A stretch of DNA of 64,000 bases, from the NCBI GenBank assembly GCA_964016885.1, contig CAXHJY010000652.1:1-64000 (forward strand). Direction: 5' to 3'. This document shows positions 1-11,724 of this stretch, piece by piece. Under the pieces are notes generated by a model. That model did no database searches and was not told the DNA's origin. It saw only the letters and a program-made list of their open reading frames with translations. Origin of the DNA: Eledone cirrhosa. Lineage: Eukaryota. A program made the position numbers and the translations under genes. Numbering within the stretch: position 1 is the stretch's first letter; every line of letters starts with the position of its first letter.

Positions 1-2136
<2,136 letters not shown>

Positions 2137-2697
2137 TCATCATCGTTTGACGTCCGTGTTCCACGCTTGCATGGGTCTGGACGGGGGTTTTCCCACTTGA
2201 GGCAAGAGTGATTGTCTTGCTCGCATAGGACTGTCTGGCAGGTTTTCTACAGTTGGATGCCCTTCCTAACACCAACCACATTTACAGTGTGGGTCTGGGA
2301 GGTTTTTACCGTGTTGCCTACATGGCCACATTACAGCGTGGACTGTGTGTTTTTTTGTCGTGACACCTACACGATCTCATTTGTTTCGGCCTGGATGGTG
2401 TGGCACCAACATAACTTTACATAGAAGGGGGCGGTGTGGATGGGGTGGGGGTGGTGGGACGGGCGTGATGTTAGAGATGCCTACTGACTAGTAGGTTTTA
2501 CTTTGTATTTAGGGTAGGCGGGTCTTCTCTATTACTGAGTACCGCCAAAGGTCTCGGTCCAGTGACATTGTCTTGGTGAGGTGTAAGTGTGTGAGGTCGG
2601 AGTTTATCAGCGCCTGCCTATTCCGTGGCTACCGTCTATCTTTATTGCCCTGCACTTTGTTATACAGCTATCATCCTTCATGCGCATCACGTGACCA
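2137..2697 (-). mobile_element. RTE LINE 3' fragment (ORF end, 3'UTR, (GAT)n tail)
   Basis: Minus strand GHVMRMKDDSCITKCRAIKIDG matches the C-terminus of the 4.7-7.5 kb RTE; shared 3'UTR motif ggatgcccttcctaacaccaac; catcatcat tail. Confidence 0.85.
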
Positions 2698-3020
2698 CTG
2701 GCCCTCTGGAGAATAGAGGAAATGTGTTTCCTTGAAAACTTGTATGACTCTAAAACCCGGTCCGCCTGTGTGGTTACATACAGACTAGCTGACACTCACT
2801 GTAAAGTGTCTAGTGAAAAGCTGAGTACATGTACATATGTATACATGTGTGTATTTATATGCATACTAATACTTCCGTATACATATGTAGATGTACACTT
2901 TAACTTAATTGTTTAAGCGTCAGTCATACAAAAGTGAGTTAGAAGCGAAACGAAATTTAATTTCGTTTCGTTATTTGTTTTTATCGTTTCCGCCGAACCG
3001 GTGCGTACAATGACTCACAT

Positions 3021-3059
3021 TCTATGCAAATTAGTCTACCCACTACTAATTTTCATAGA
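3021..3059 (+). promoter_or_regulatory. Octamer ATGCAAAT within an inverted repeat (putative snRNA-type distal element)
   Basis: tctATGCAAATtagt ... actaattttcataga; TGACTCA at 3011; same arrangement at 30465-30500 and 57500-57538. Confidence 0.45.
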
Positions 3060-3116
3060 AAAAGCATATAACGATATGTGCTTTTACAATTCTCCAGAGA
3101 AGCCGGAAGATGGGTA

Positions 3117-3161
3117 AATATTGCTGATGAGATGTAATAACATCGAAACTAGTCCAATATT
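3117..3161 (+). ncRNA. Type I hammerhead ribozyme
   Basis: aatattg CTGATGA gatgt-aata-acatc GAAA ctag TC caatatt: full core, 7-bp stem I, 5-bp stem II, palindromic stem III, GUC site. Confidence 0.93.
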
Positions 3162-3641
3162 CCTGTCTGGCCCTCTGGAGAATAGAGGAAATGTGTTTCC
3201 TTGAAAACTCGTATGACTCTAAAACCCGGTCCGCCTGTGTGGTTACATACAGACTAGCTGACACTCACTGTAAAGTGTCTAGTGAAAAGCTGAGTACATG
3301 TACATATGTATACATGTGTGTATTTATATGCATACTAATACTTCCGTATACATATGTAGATGTACACTTTAACTTAATTGTTTAAGCGTCAGTCATACAA
3401 AAGTGAGTTAGAAGCGAAACGAAATTTAATTTTGTTTCGTTATTTGTTTTTATATATACATACATATATATATACATACATATATACATACATATATATA
3501 TACATACATATATATATACATATATATATACATACATATATATATACATATATACATATATACATACATATATACATATATATATACATACATATATATA
3601 TACATACATATATATATACATACATATATATATATATACAT

Positions 3642-3905
3642 ATCATCATCATCAACGTTTAACGTCCGTGTTTCACGCTTGCATGGGTTTGGACGGGGGT
3701 TTCCCACTTGAGGCAAGAGTGATTATCTTGCTCGCATAGGACTATCTGGCGGGTTTTCTACAGCTGGATGCCCTTCCTAACACCAACCACATTTACAGTG
3801 TGGGTCTGGGAGGTTTTTACCGTGTTACCTACACGGCCACATTACAGCGTGGACTGTGTGTTTTTTTGTCGTGACACCTACACGATCTCATTTGTTTCGG
3901 CCTGA
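3642..3905 (-). mobile_element. RTE 3'UTR-derived short repeat
   Basis: Near-identical to 2137-2395; (CAT)n tail next to a TA tract. Confidence 0.8.
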
Positions 3906-3999
3906 TAGCGTGTGGAACTGAGAGAGTTACAACCGGCCGTAGAGACAACTTCTTTTCCAAATTGAGAGAATGCAGCTCTGATATGACACATACATACAT

Positions 4000-4300
4000 A
4001 TCATCATCAACGTTTAAAGTCCGTGTTCCACGCTTGCATGGGTTTGGACGGAGGTATTCCCACTTGAGGCAAGAGTGATTGTCTTGCTCGCATAGGACTG
4101 TCTGGCGGGTTTTCTACAGCTGGATGCCCTTCCTAACACCAACCACATTTACAGTGTGGGGCTGGGAGGTTTTTACCGTGTTGCCTACACGGCCACATTA
4201 CAGCGTGGACTGTCTGGCGGGTTTTCTACAGCTGGATGCCCTTTCTAACACCAACCACATTTACAGTGTGGGGCTGGGAGGTTTTTACCGTGTTGCCTAT
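4000..4300 (-). mobile_element. RTE 3'UTR-derived short repeat with internal duplication
   Basis: Same family; the block ggactgtctggcggg...ccgtgttgccta occurs twice. Confidence 0.8.
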
Positions 4301-4313
4301 ATACATATATCTG

Positions 4314-4533
4314 CAAAATAATTAATGAAAGAGTTACAAGCCGTTAAAACATATCTTTATAAAGCTCTTACACATGTTTCCCCCAATGGGGCTCGTCTGA
4401 GGCAGATATTAAGGCAAAGTTTTAATTATATACCTTAATATCTGCCTCAGACGAACCCCATTGGGGGAAACATGTGTAAGAGCTTTATAAAGATATGTTT
4501 TAACGGCTTGTAACTCTTTCATTAATTATTTTG
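4314..4533. repeat. Fold-back inverted repeat (~101-bp arms, 18-nt spacer), PLE-terminus-like
   Basis: caaaataattaatgaaagag...ttaagg / ccttaa...ctctttcattaattattttg; arms carry a decayed hammerhead-like cagacga-cccc-att-gggg-gaaacatgtgta. Confidence 0.9.
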
Positions 4534-4721
4534 TCTATCACCGCTCTGCTTAATCCTGTACACTAAATATTAACTTTCTCTAATATTTAACCCTGATAAC
4601 CCAAGCATCGAGCACTTATGCACCAACTTTTGGCATGTAATACTCTGTGTCGTACCTCTTTATACCTCTTCTTTCAATCCTCTTTTACGATACTGTAACA
4701 TTTTATTATATATATATATAT

Positions 4722-7553
4722 ATTGCTGACAAGTGGGTAGATAAAGTAATCTCAGTGTACAGGGTAAATGCAAGAATCATTAAACTCAGACTAGTCCTGA
4801 ATAAGACAATTACCACAATAATATCAGCTTACGCACCCCAATCGGGGCTGCCAGACGAACTTAAGGATAGGTTTTACGAGTCCCTAATACACACTACTGC
4901 TCTAACAGACGACAAGGACTTCCTAATCATTGCAGGAGATTTTAACGGACACGTAGGTAAACACTGCGACGGCTTCAATAGAGTACATGGAGGCCATGGA
5001 GTTGGCACAAGGAATGAGGAAGGATTCAGACTTCTAGAATTCTGCGACGCCAATGACATGTCGATATGTAACACAAACTTTAAAAAACCCGACAACCACC
5101 TGATCACCTATAGATCAGGGGAGCACTCTAGTCAGTTAGATTTTATCCTCATCAGAGGACGTGACAGATGGACGGTCGTAAACACAAAAGCCTTCCCTAG
5201 TGAGGAATGTACATCCCAACATAGCTTAGTTGTCACCGACCTCACTGTCAGAACTAGACGAGCCCTGAAACAGAGGCCAACCTGGAGAAGAAAGATCTGG
5301 AAGCTGAAAGTCCCCTCAACCAGTAACAGATTTAAAGATATTTTACTCAACGCCTACGACAGTAAAGAAGAACAGATAGAGACATTTAACGTAGAAGAGA
5401 ACTGGGAGTTCCTAAAAAATAACTTACTAGAGGCGACGGATGAGGTTTGTGGCTGGAGTAAGACCTCAAGCAGGAGGAGAGTGACTTGGTGGTGGAACAA
5501 TAAGGTAGATGAAGCAGTCAAGGCCAAGAGACAGGCATGGAAAGAATGGAAGAACGGGGGGAGCAGGGTACATTACATAGAGACCAAGAGGGAAGCTAGG
5601 CGACAAGTATACTTAGCTAGGAGGGAAGCAGAGGATAGAAAATTCAAGCATGTTTTACAACGTGAGGACCAGAAACAGGAGGTATTCAAGATTGCGAGGC
5701 AGTGTGTCAGAGATAGTTGTGATGTCATTGGAGAGAAGTGTATCCGGAATGATAAAGGTGAGCTTGCCCTCACAAGTGCTGAGAAGAAAGATGCATGGAA
5801 GAGTCATTATGATAGATTACTAAATGAGGAGAATGCATGGGAAGAAGAGACCCTACCCCACGTAGACCCTATAGAGGGACCAGCAGTACAAGTCAGCGGC
5901 AGCGTAGTAAGTAAGGCAATCAGAGATATGAAGATAGGGAAGGCAACCGGTCCATCGGGTATAGCTGCCGAGATGCTGAAGGCATCTGGGTCTGTAGGTC
6001 ACACTATAACCACACGTATCGTTAACCAGGTAATACTAGAGGGGGCCATACCAAAAGATTGGTGCAGTAGCATCATTGTCAACTGCTACAAAGGTAAAGG
6101 CGATGCACTAGATAGAGGAAACTATAGAGGTATAAAGTTGATGGACCAGGTCATGAAAGTAACAGAAAGAGTTATAGCACAGCTGATTAGGGACCGGGTG
6201 AATATAGACGAGATGCAATTTGGTTTTGTTCCAGGGAAAGGCACCACTGATGCGCTCTTCCTTGTGAGGCAATTACAGGAAAAGTACCTAGCTAAAAGTA
6301 AGCCACTCTACTTGGCATTTGTCGACCTTGAGAAAGCCTTTGACAGAGTTCCACGTGCAGTAATCTGGTGGGCTCTTAGAAAACTAGGAGTAGATGAATG
6401 GCTTGTGAAAGCGGTACAAGCCATGTATAGGGGAGCAGTCAGCAAAGTTAGGATTGGCAATGAGTATAGCGAGGAATTTAGCGTACAGGTTGGGGTCCAC
6501 CAGGGCTCTGTTCTTAGCCCTCTCCTGTTCATCATAGTCCTGCAGGCAATAACGGAGGAGTTTAAGACCGGATGCCCATGGGAACTCCTGTATGCTGATG
6601 ACCTCGCACTCATAGCTGAATCTATGGTAGAACTAGAGAATAAATTCCAAACCTGGAAGCAGGGACTAGAGAGAAAGGGCCTCAAAGTCAACATGACAAA
6701 GACTAAGGTCCTTATAAGTAGACGAGAAAACAGAACCCAGATCCCCTCAGGGAAATGGCCTTGCTCAGTATGTAGGAAAGGTGTAGGTAGGAACTCCATT
6801 CTTTGCCCCAAATGCAAACAATGGGTACACAAGAGATGTAGCGGGATCTCAGGAAGCTTAATTAAGAATGTAGGATTCACATGCAGCAGCTGTGCTGAAA
6901 CAGCAAGCAAACAGCCACAGGAAACAAGTACCACCAATCTCTGGGAGGGCCCTGTAGAAACAGTAGACAGCTTCTGCTACCTAGGTGACCGAATTAGCAA
7001 CGGAGGTGGGTGCTCAGAAAGTACAATAACTAGGGTAAGAACGGGATGGAAGAAGTTTAGGGAACTACTACCACTGCTAGCTGCAAAAGGCTTCTCCCTC
7101 AGAATGAAAGGCAGACTGTATGATGCGTGTATCCGAACAGCGATGTTGCATGGTAGTGAGACCTGGGCGCTGAAGGTGGAAGACTTACGTAGATTAGAGA
7201 GAAACGAAGCCTGCATGCTCCGATGGATGTGTAACAGTAATATACGTGAACGACAAAGCATAAATGAATTGAGAGAGAGACTGAGCATAAGAGGAATCAA
7301 ATGCTGCGTGCAGGAGAGGCGGTTACGCTGGTATGGACATGTGATGCGTATGAAGGATGACAGCTGCATAAAAAGGTGCAGAGCACTAGAAGTTGATGGA
7401 AACCGCGGAGTGGGGAGACCCAAGATGACTTGGGATGAGGTGATAAAAGCCGACCTTACCCAACTACACCTCTCAAAGTCAATGACACACGACCGTGACT
7501 TCTGGCGTCACGCAGTAATACAGGGTACCCGACCTCCCATGGGTACATGCTGA
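4722..7553 (+). CDS. RTE-clade LINE ORF (5'-truncated APE endonuclease, RT, Cys-rich PHD-like finger)
   Basis: APE motifs SAYAPQ, GDFNGHVG, SQLDFIL, SQHSLV; RT motifs FVDLEKAFDRV, GVHQGSVLSP, LLYADD; CxxC...CxxC...HxxC...CxxC; uninterrupted frame starting at a TA tract. Confidence 0.95.
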   Translation: MADKWVDKVISVYRVNARIIKLRLVLNKTITTIISAYAPQSGLPDELKDRFYESLIHTTALTDDKDFLIIAGDFNGHVGKHCDGFNRVHGGHGVGTRNEEGFRLLEFCDANDMSICNTNFKKPDNHLITYRSGEHSSQLDFILIRGRDRWTVVNTKAFPSEECTSQHSLVVTDLTVRTRRALKQRPTWRRKIWKLKVPSTSNRFKDILLNAYDSKEEQIETFNVEENWEFLKNNLLEATDEVCGWSKTSSRRRVTWWWNNKVDEAVKAKRQAWKEWKNGGSRVHYIETKREARRQVYLARREAEDRKFKHVLQREDQKQEVFKIARQCVRDSCDVIGEKCIRNDKGELALTSAEKKDAWKSHYDRLLNEENAWEEETLPHVDPIEGPAVQVSGSVVSKAIRDMKIGKATGPSGIAAEMLKASGSVGHTITTRIVNQVILEGAIPKDWCSSIIVNCYKGKGDALDRGNYRGIKLMDQVMKVTERVIAQLIRDRVNIDEMQFGFVPGKGTTDALFLVRQLQEKYLAKSKPLYLAFVDLEKAFDRVPRAVIWWALRKLGVDEWLVKAVQAMYRGAVSKVRIGNEYSEEFSVQVGVHQGSVLSPLLFIIVLQAITEEFKTGCPWELLYADDLALIAESMVELENKFQTWKQGLERKGLKVNMTKTKVLISRRENRTQIPSGKWPCSVCRKGVGRNSILCPKCKQWVHKRCSGISGSLIKNVGFTCSSCAETASKQPQETSTTNLWEGPVETVDSFCYLGDRISNGGGCSESTITRVRTGWKKFRELLPLLAAKGFSLRMKGRLYDACIRTAMLHGSETWALKVEDLRRLERNEACMLRWMCNSNIRERQSINELRERLSIRGIKCCVQERRLRWYGHVMRMKDDSCIKRCRALEVDGNRGVGRPKMTWDEVIKADLTQLHLSKSMTHDRDFWRHAVIQGTRPPMGTC

Positions 7554-7857
7554 AGCATATAAACAATATGCCCCCCCCCCCCCACCGCAAGGTGGTCGTG
7601 GAGGTGCCACGGCAAAAAAGCACCCAGCCCACACTGTAAAGTGGACGTGTAGGCGCCACGAAAAAGCACCCAGCACTCACTGTAAATGAGGTTGGTGTTA
7701 GGAAGGGCATCCAGCTGTAGAAATCAAGCCAGATCAGTTCCTGTATGAGCAAGGCATGGTCAGCCGACCAGACACTGCCCACAACAGGACAACCCGTCTA
7801 ACCCATGCTAGCGTGGAAGAACGGACGTAAAACGGTGATGATGATGATGATGATGAT
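4723..7857 (+). mobile_element. Young 5'-truncated RTE LINE with (GAT)n tail
   Basis: Intact ORF, 3'UTR and gatgatgat tail, flanked by TA on both sides. Confidence 0.93.
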
Positions 7858-7870
7858 ATATATACATATA

Positions 7871-9666
7871 TCATCATTTATCGTCCATCTTCCATGCTAG
7901 CATGGGTTAGATGGGTTTGTCCCATTTAGAGGCAAGTTGGGTCAGGTGACCATGTCTCGCTCATATAGGACTGTTTCTGGCTGGTTTTCTACAGCTGGAT
8001 GCCCTTCCTAACGCCAACCTCATTTACAGTAAGTACTGGGTCTTTTTGTTGTGTCGCCTACATGACCACTTTACAGTGTGGGCTGCGTGCTTTTTGTCGT
8101 AACAACTACATGACCACTTTACAGTATTGGCTGGGCACTTTTTGCCGTGTCACCATCACAACCACTTTATAGTGTGGGCTGGGGGCTTCACTGGATGCAT
8201 TTACTTTAGCCTGTCCTCATCGGGGTGTATGGGAGGGTGGGTTGGGGGCATACTGTATATATGCAACAGCTTGTGCTTGTGGGAAGTCAGGTCTTCTGTA
8301 TTACTGTGTATCACCAGAGACCTCGGTCATGTGTCATTACCTTTGAGAGGTGCAATTGGGCAAGGTTTGCTTTTATTACCTCATCCCTGGGTCTCCCCAC
8401 TCCAATGCTTCCATTATCTTTGAGCGCTCTGCACTTTTTTATGCAGCTGTCATTCTAAATACGCTTCACATGTCCATACCAACGCAACCTCCTCTCCAGC
8501 ACACAGCATTTGATTCCTCTTATGCCTAGTTTCTCTCTCAGTTCATTTATGCTTCGCAGTTCTTGTATATTACTATTACACATCCATCGGCGCATGCAAG
8601 CTTCATTTCTTTCCAATCTACGCAAATCTTCTGCACACAACGCCCAGGTCTCACTACCATGCAACATAGCTGTTTGTATGTATGCATCATACAGTCTGCC
8701 TTTCATTCTGAGGGAGAAGCCTTTTGTAGCCAGCAGTGGTAGTAACTCCCTGAACTTCTTCCTCTGACTACTGTACTTTCAGAACACTCACTACCGCTGC
8801 TAATTCATTCTCCTATGTAGCAGAAACTGTCTACTGTTTCTACAGAGCTCTCCCAGAATTTGGTAGCGCTTGTTTCCTGCAGTCATTTGCTGCTTACTGT
8901 TCCAGTGCAACTGCTACATGTAAAGCCTAGATTCTTAGCTAAACTTCCTGAGATCCCACTACATCTCTTGTGTGCCCATAGTTTGCATATGGGGCAGAGG
9001 ATGGAGTTTCTACCTACACCTTTCCTACATACTGAACAAGGCCATTTCCTCGAGGGGATCGGAATTCTGTATTCTCTTCTACTTACTAGGACCTTAGTCT
9101 TTGTCAGGTTGACTTTAAGACCCCTTCTTTCTAGGCCCTGCTTTCATGTTTGGAATTTCTTCTCTAGTTCCAGCATAGAATCAGCTACAAGTGTAAGATC
9201 ATCCATGTTCAGAAGTTCCCATGGGCAGCCAAGTCTTAAACTCCTCCGTTATAGCCTGGTAAATTATAATAAACAGGAGCAGGCTAAGGACAGAGCCCTG
9301 CTGGATGCTAACTTGTACGCTAAATCCCTCGCTATAGTCATTGTTGATTGCTGACTGCTCCTCTCAGCATAGCTTGTACAGCCTTCAACTCCTAGTTTTC
9401 TAAGAGCTCACCAAATTATGTCACGGGGCATTCTGTCAAAAGCTTTCTCCAGATCAACAAATGCCAGGTAGAGAGGCTTACTTTTAGTTAGATACTTTCT
9501 TGTAACTGTCTCACAAGAAAGAGGTGCTTTTGCTTGGTGCAAATCCAAACTACATCTAATCGAGATTTACCCTGACCCTAATCAACTGTGCCATGACTCT
9601 TTCTGTTACTTTCATGACCTGGTCCATCAGTTTTATATCTCTATAGTTACCTCTATCTAGTGCGTC
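7871..9666 (-). mobile_element. Degenerate RTE LINE, tail-to-tail with the preceding copy
   Basis: Minus-strand peptides DALDRGNYRDIKLMDQVMKVTERV and MKGRLYDAYIQTAMLHGSETW; stops and frameshifts. Confidence 0.9.
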
Positions 9667-9682
9667 TATATACATATATATA

Positions 9683-9865
9683 TCATTATCATCATCATCA
9701 TTATTATGATGATTATACGTCCACTTTTCCCTGCTTGCAAGGGTGGGACGGGAACTGATTCTGGCTTGATTTCTACAGCTGGATGCCCTTCCTAACACCA
9801 ACCTCATTTACAGTGAGTGCTGGGTGCTTTTTTGCCGTGGCACCTCCACGACCACTTTGCAGTGG
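9683..9865 (-). mobile_element. RTE 3'UTR fragment
   Basis: ggatgcccttcctaacaccaacctcatttacagtgagtgc matches 7680-7740. Confidence 0.75.
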
Positions 9866-9894
9866 AATGATATGGACCCCAGTCCCTATCATCT

Positions 9895-10035
9895 CATTTC
9901 TACAGCTGAGTAAACTGGAGCAATGTGAAATAAAGTGTCTTGCTCAAGGAAACAACACATCACCCGGTCTGAGAATTGAACTCACAACCTTTCGATTGCA
10001 AGGGCAATGCTCTAACCACTAAGCCATGTACCTCC
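9895..10035 (-). mobile_element. tRNA-derived SINE (CORE-like domain)
   Basis: Minus strand A-box TGGCTTAGTGG, B-box GTTCAATTC, then ccttgagcaagacactt; related copy at ~16860-16975. Confidence 0.7.
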
Positions 10036-11038
10036 ATATGTATACGTATACATATACATATATATATATATATATATAGGTATACAAGATATCATTTTCG
10101 GTTTCCCTAGTTCAGCGTTAGAGTAGCCTACAATGAAGAGTATTGAAACATATGTAAATGCTAAAAATAAACCCTACTGTATCGCTTATCTGTGTTAATC
10201 CTCTTTTTACCTTATATATATATAATAATAATAATTGTTTCTATTTTGGTAACATTAATAAAGATGCTGATGTTACATAAATCGTTTATTCATAATTATT
10301 ATTTCAACGGTTCTATTATAGCGATGTTTTTCTTTACCGGCTTTAATTTTTAGTGTTGTGTGAAATATATAACCTGCAAACCTGATTTTTGAATCGCAGC
10401 AGGATCGAATTTATTTCACTCGCTCCACTAAAAGTTGGATTTTCTTTGCTCACGGTATGAACAAGAGACTGACTAATACATAGTTACCGGCTTTCATTTT
10501 TAGTGTTGTGCGAAATATATAACCGCCTTAGCTAAGCTTAGTATTGCCACAACCACGGCTGGCAAAGATGTAAGGGTCTGGTGGTACGTAAGTAAGCAAC
10601 ACTGTGGCTTAAAACATGAGGAAGAAGTTGTGTGCACTTAGCAACTGTTTGGCGAAAGAGTGTCAGATTTGTCTTGAGCAAGGGTGGCAGAATAACGGAG
10701 GCAGCAGACAGCCAGACATACTGATATTATAAGGGCGCGTTCTGGACGCAGATGGAATTGTGGGAAGTGACGTAATGCAGACAGCCAGACATACAGACAG
10801 ATATTATAAGGGCGCGATGTTATATGTATGTATCTATCTAAAAAGAGAAAGACTAAGAATTATAGAGAGAGATCGCTAAATCGCCTAATGCGGTCCCTAG
10901 GGCATTGAAAATTTGAATTTTTTTTCTCAGAACACTCCCTGAAACATAAGTATTACATGTCTAAAGTTTGAAAACAGTCGGTTGGGTGCTTCTCGAGTTT
11001 TAGGGATTCAAACTCACACATACAGACAGACATCCTCA

Positions 11039-11095
<57 letters not shown>

Positions 11096-11153
11096 GGTAA
11101 CAAGTTATCATTATAGGTAATCCAGTTAGAGGTTGTGAGTACTCTGTGTCGTG

Positions 11154-11266
11154 GGTATTCTGATGAGTTGGTCAGAGGTAAATAATGTAATGGAGATCGA
11201 GTGACGCAACTTCGAGTGATTAGCAGCCTCTAGACTCATCTGATCAATGAAACAATTGTCAATACC
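11154..11266 (+). ncRNA. Type I hammerhead with extended stem II, in a TA-flanked PLE-terminus remnant
   Basis: ggtatt CTGATGA gttggtcaga...tctgatcaat GAAA caattg TC aatacc; AATAAA follows. Confidence 0.8.
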
Positions 11267-11724
11267 TGAAATAAAGCCCTTTGTTGTACAGCCAACCATG
11301 TTACTCTTCATTCTTTCACTATATATATATATATAATTTTGAGTATGTGTTGGTTGTTTACTGACACCTCAGTATGCAGGTTGGAGCACTCAACGAAGTA
11401 ATGTAAAAACAAGAAGTGTAAGTCAACAGGTTAACTTTCACTTCTTGTTTATATATATATAATTCTCTGTCATTATGTGTGTATATAAATAAAAATATTT
11501 TTTGTTACATTTAAAAATTTACATGTTCTCTTATCTCTCTAAGCTTAAGTATTTCTATTTTAAAACAGCCAGATATGGCATGTTGATATCTTCAATATGT
11601 GGCAGTAAATATCTGAATGTCATCAGTAGACAACACAATATGATATTCAGACATCACAATACATATCTATGATAGGACTGGGACCCTTATCATTAAAACA
11701 CCCAAGATACCTCCTACGAGATAC

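Larger units (their letters stand above)
2698..3453 (+). repeat. 469-bp tandem hammerhead-containing unit (retrozyme-like), ~1.6 copies
   Basis: ctggccctctggagaatag at 2698 and 3167 (period 469); near-identical to 57250-57859. Confidence 0.9.

Noticed and set aside
2722-3385. Repeated 64-72 aa ORFs in the 469-bp unit
   Set aside because: No recognisable motif and not kept in the diverged 30.4-kb relative; the RNA structure explains the conservation
6594-6600. CTGATGA inside LINE ORFs (also 17639, 45021, 63366 and others)
   Set aside because: Coding context (e.g. YADD) with no stem II/GAAA/stem I arrangement
9960-10035. tRNA gene candidates (also the SINE heads at 26032 and 40300)
   Set aside because: A/B boxes run into SINE bodies; no complete cloverleaf or terminator
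10860-11045. Helentron/DINE-like terminus
   Set aside because: General resemblance only; subterminal inverted repeats and the other end could not be identified
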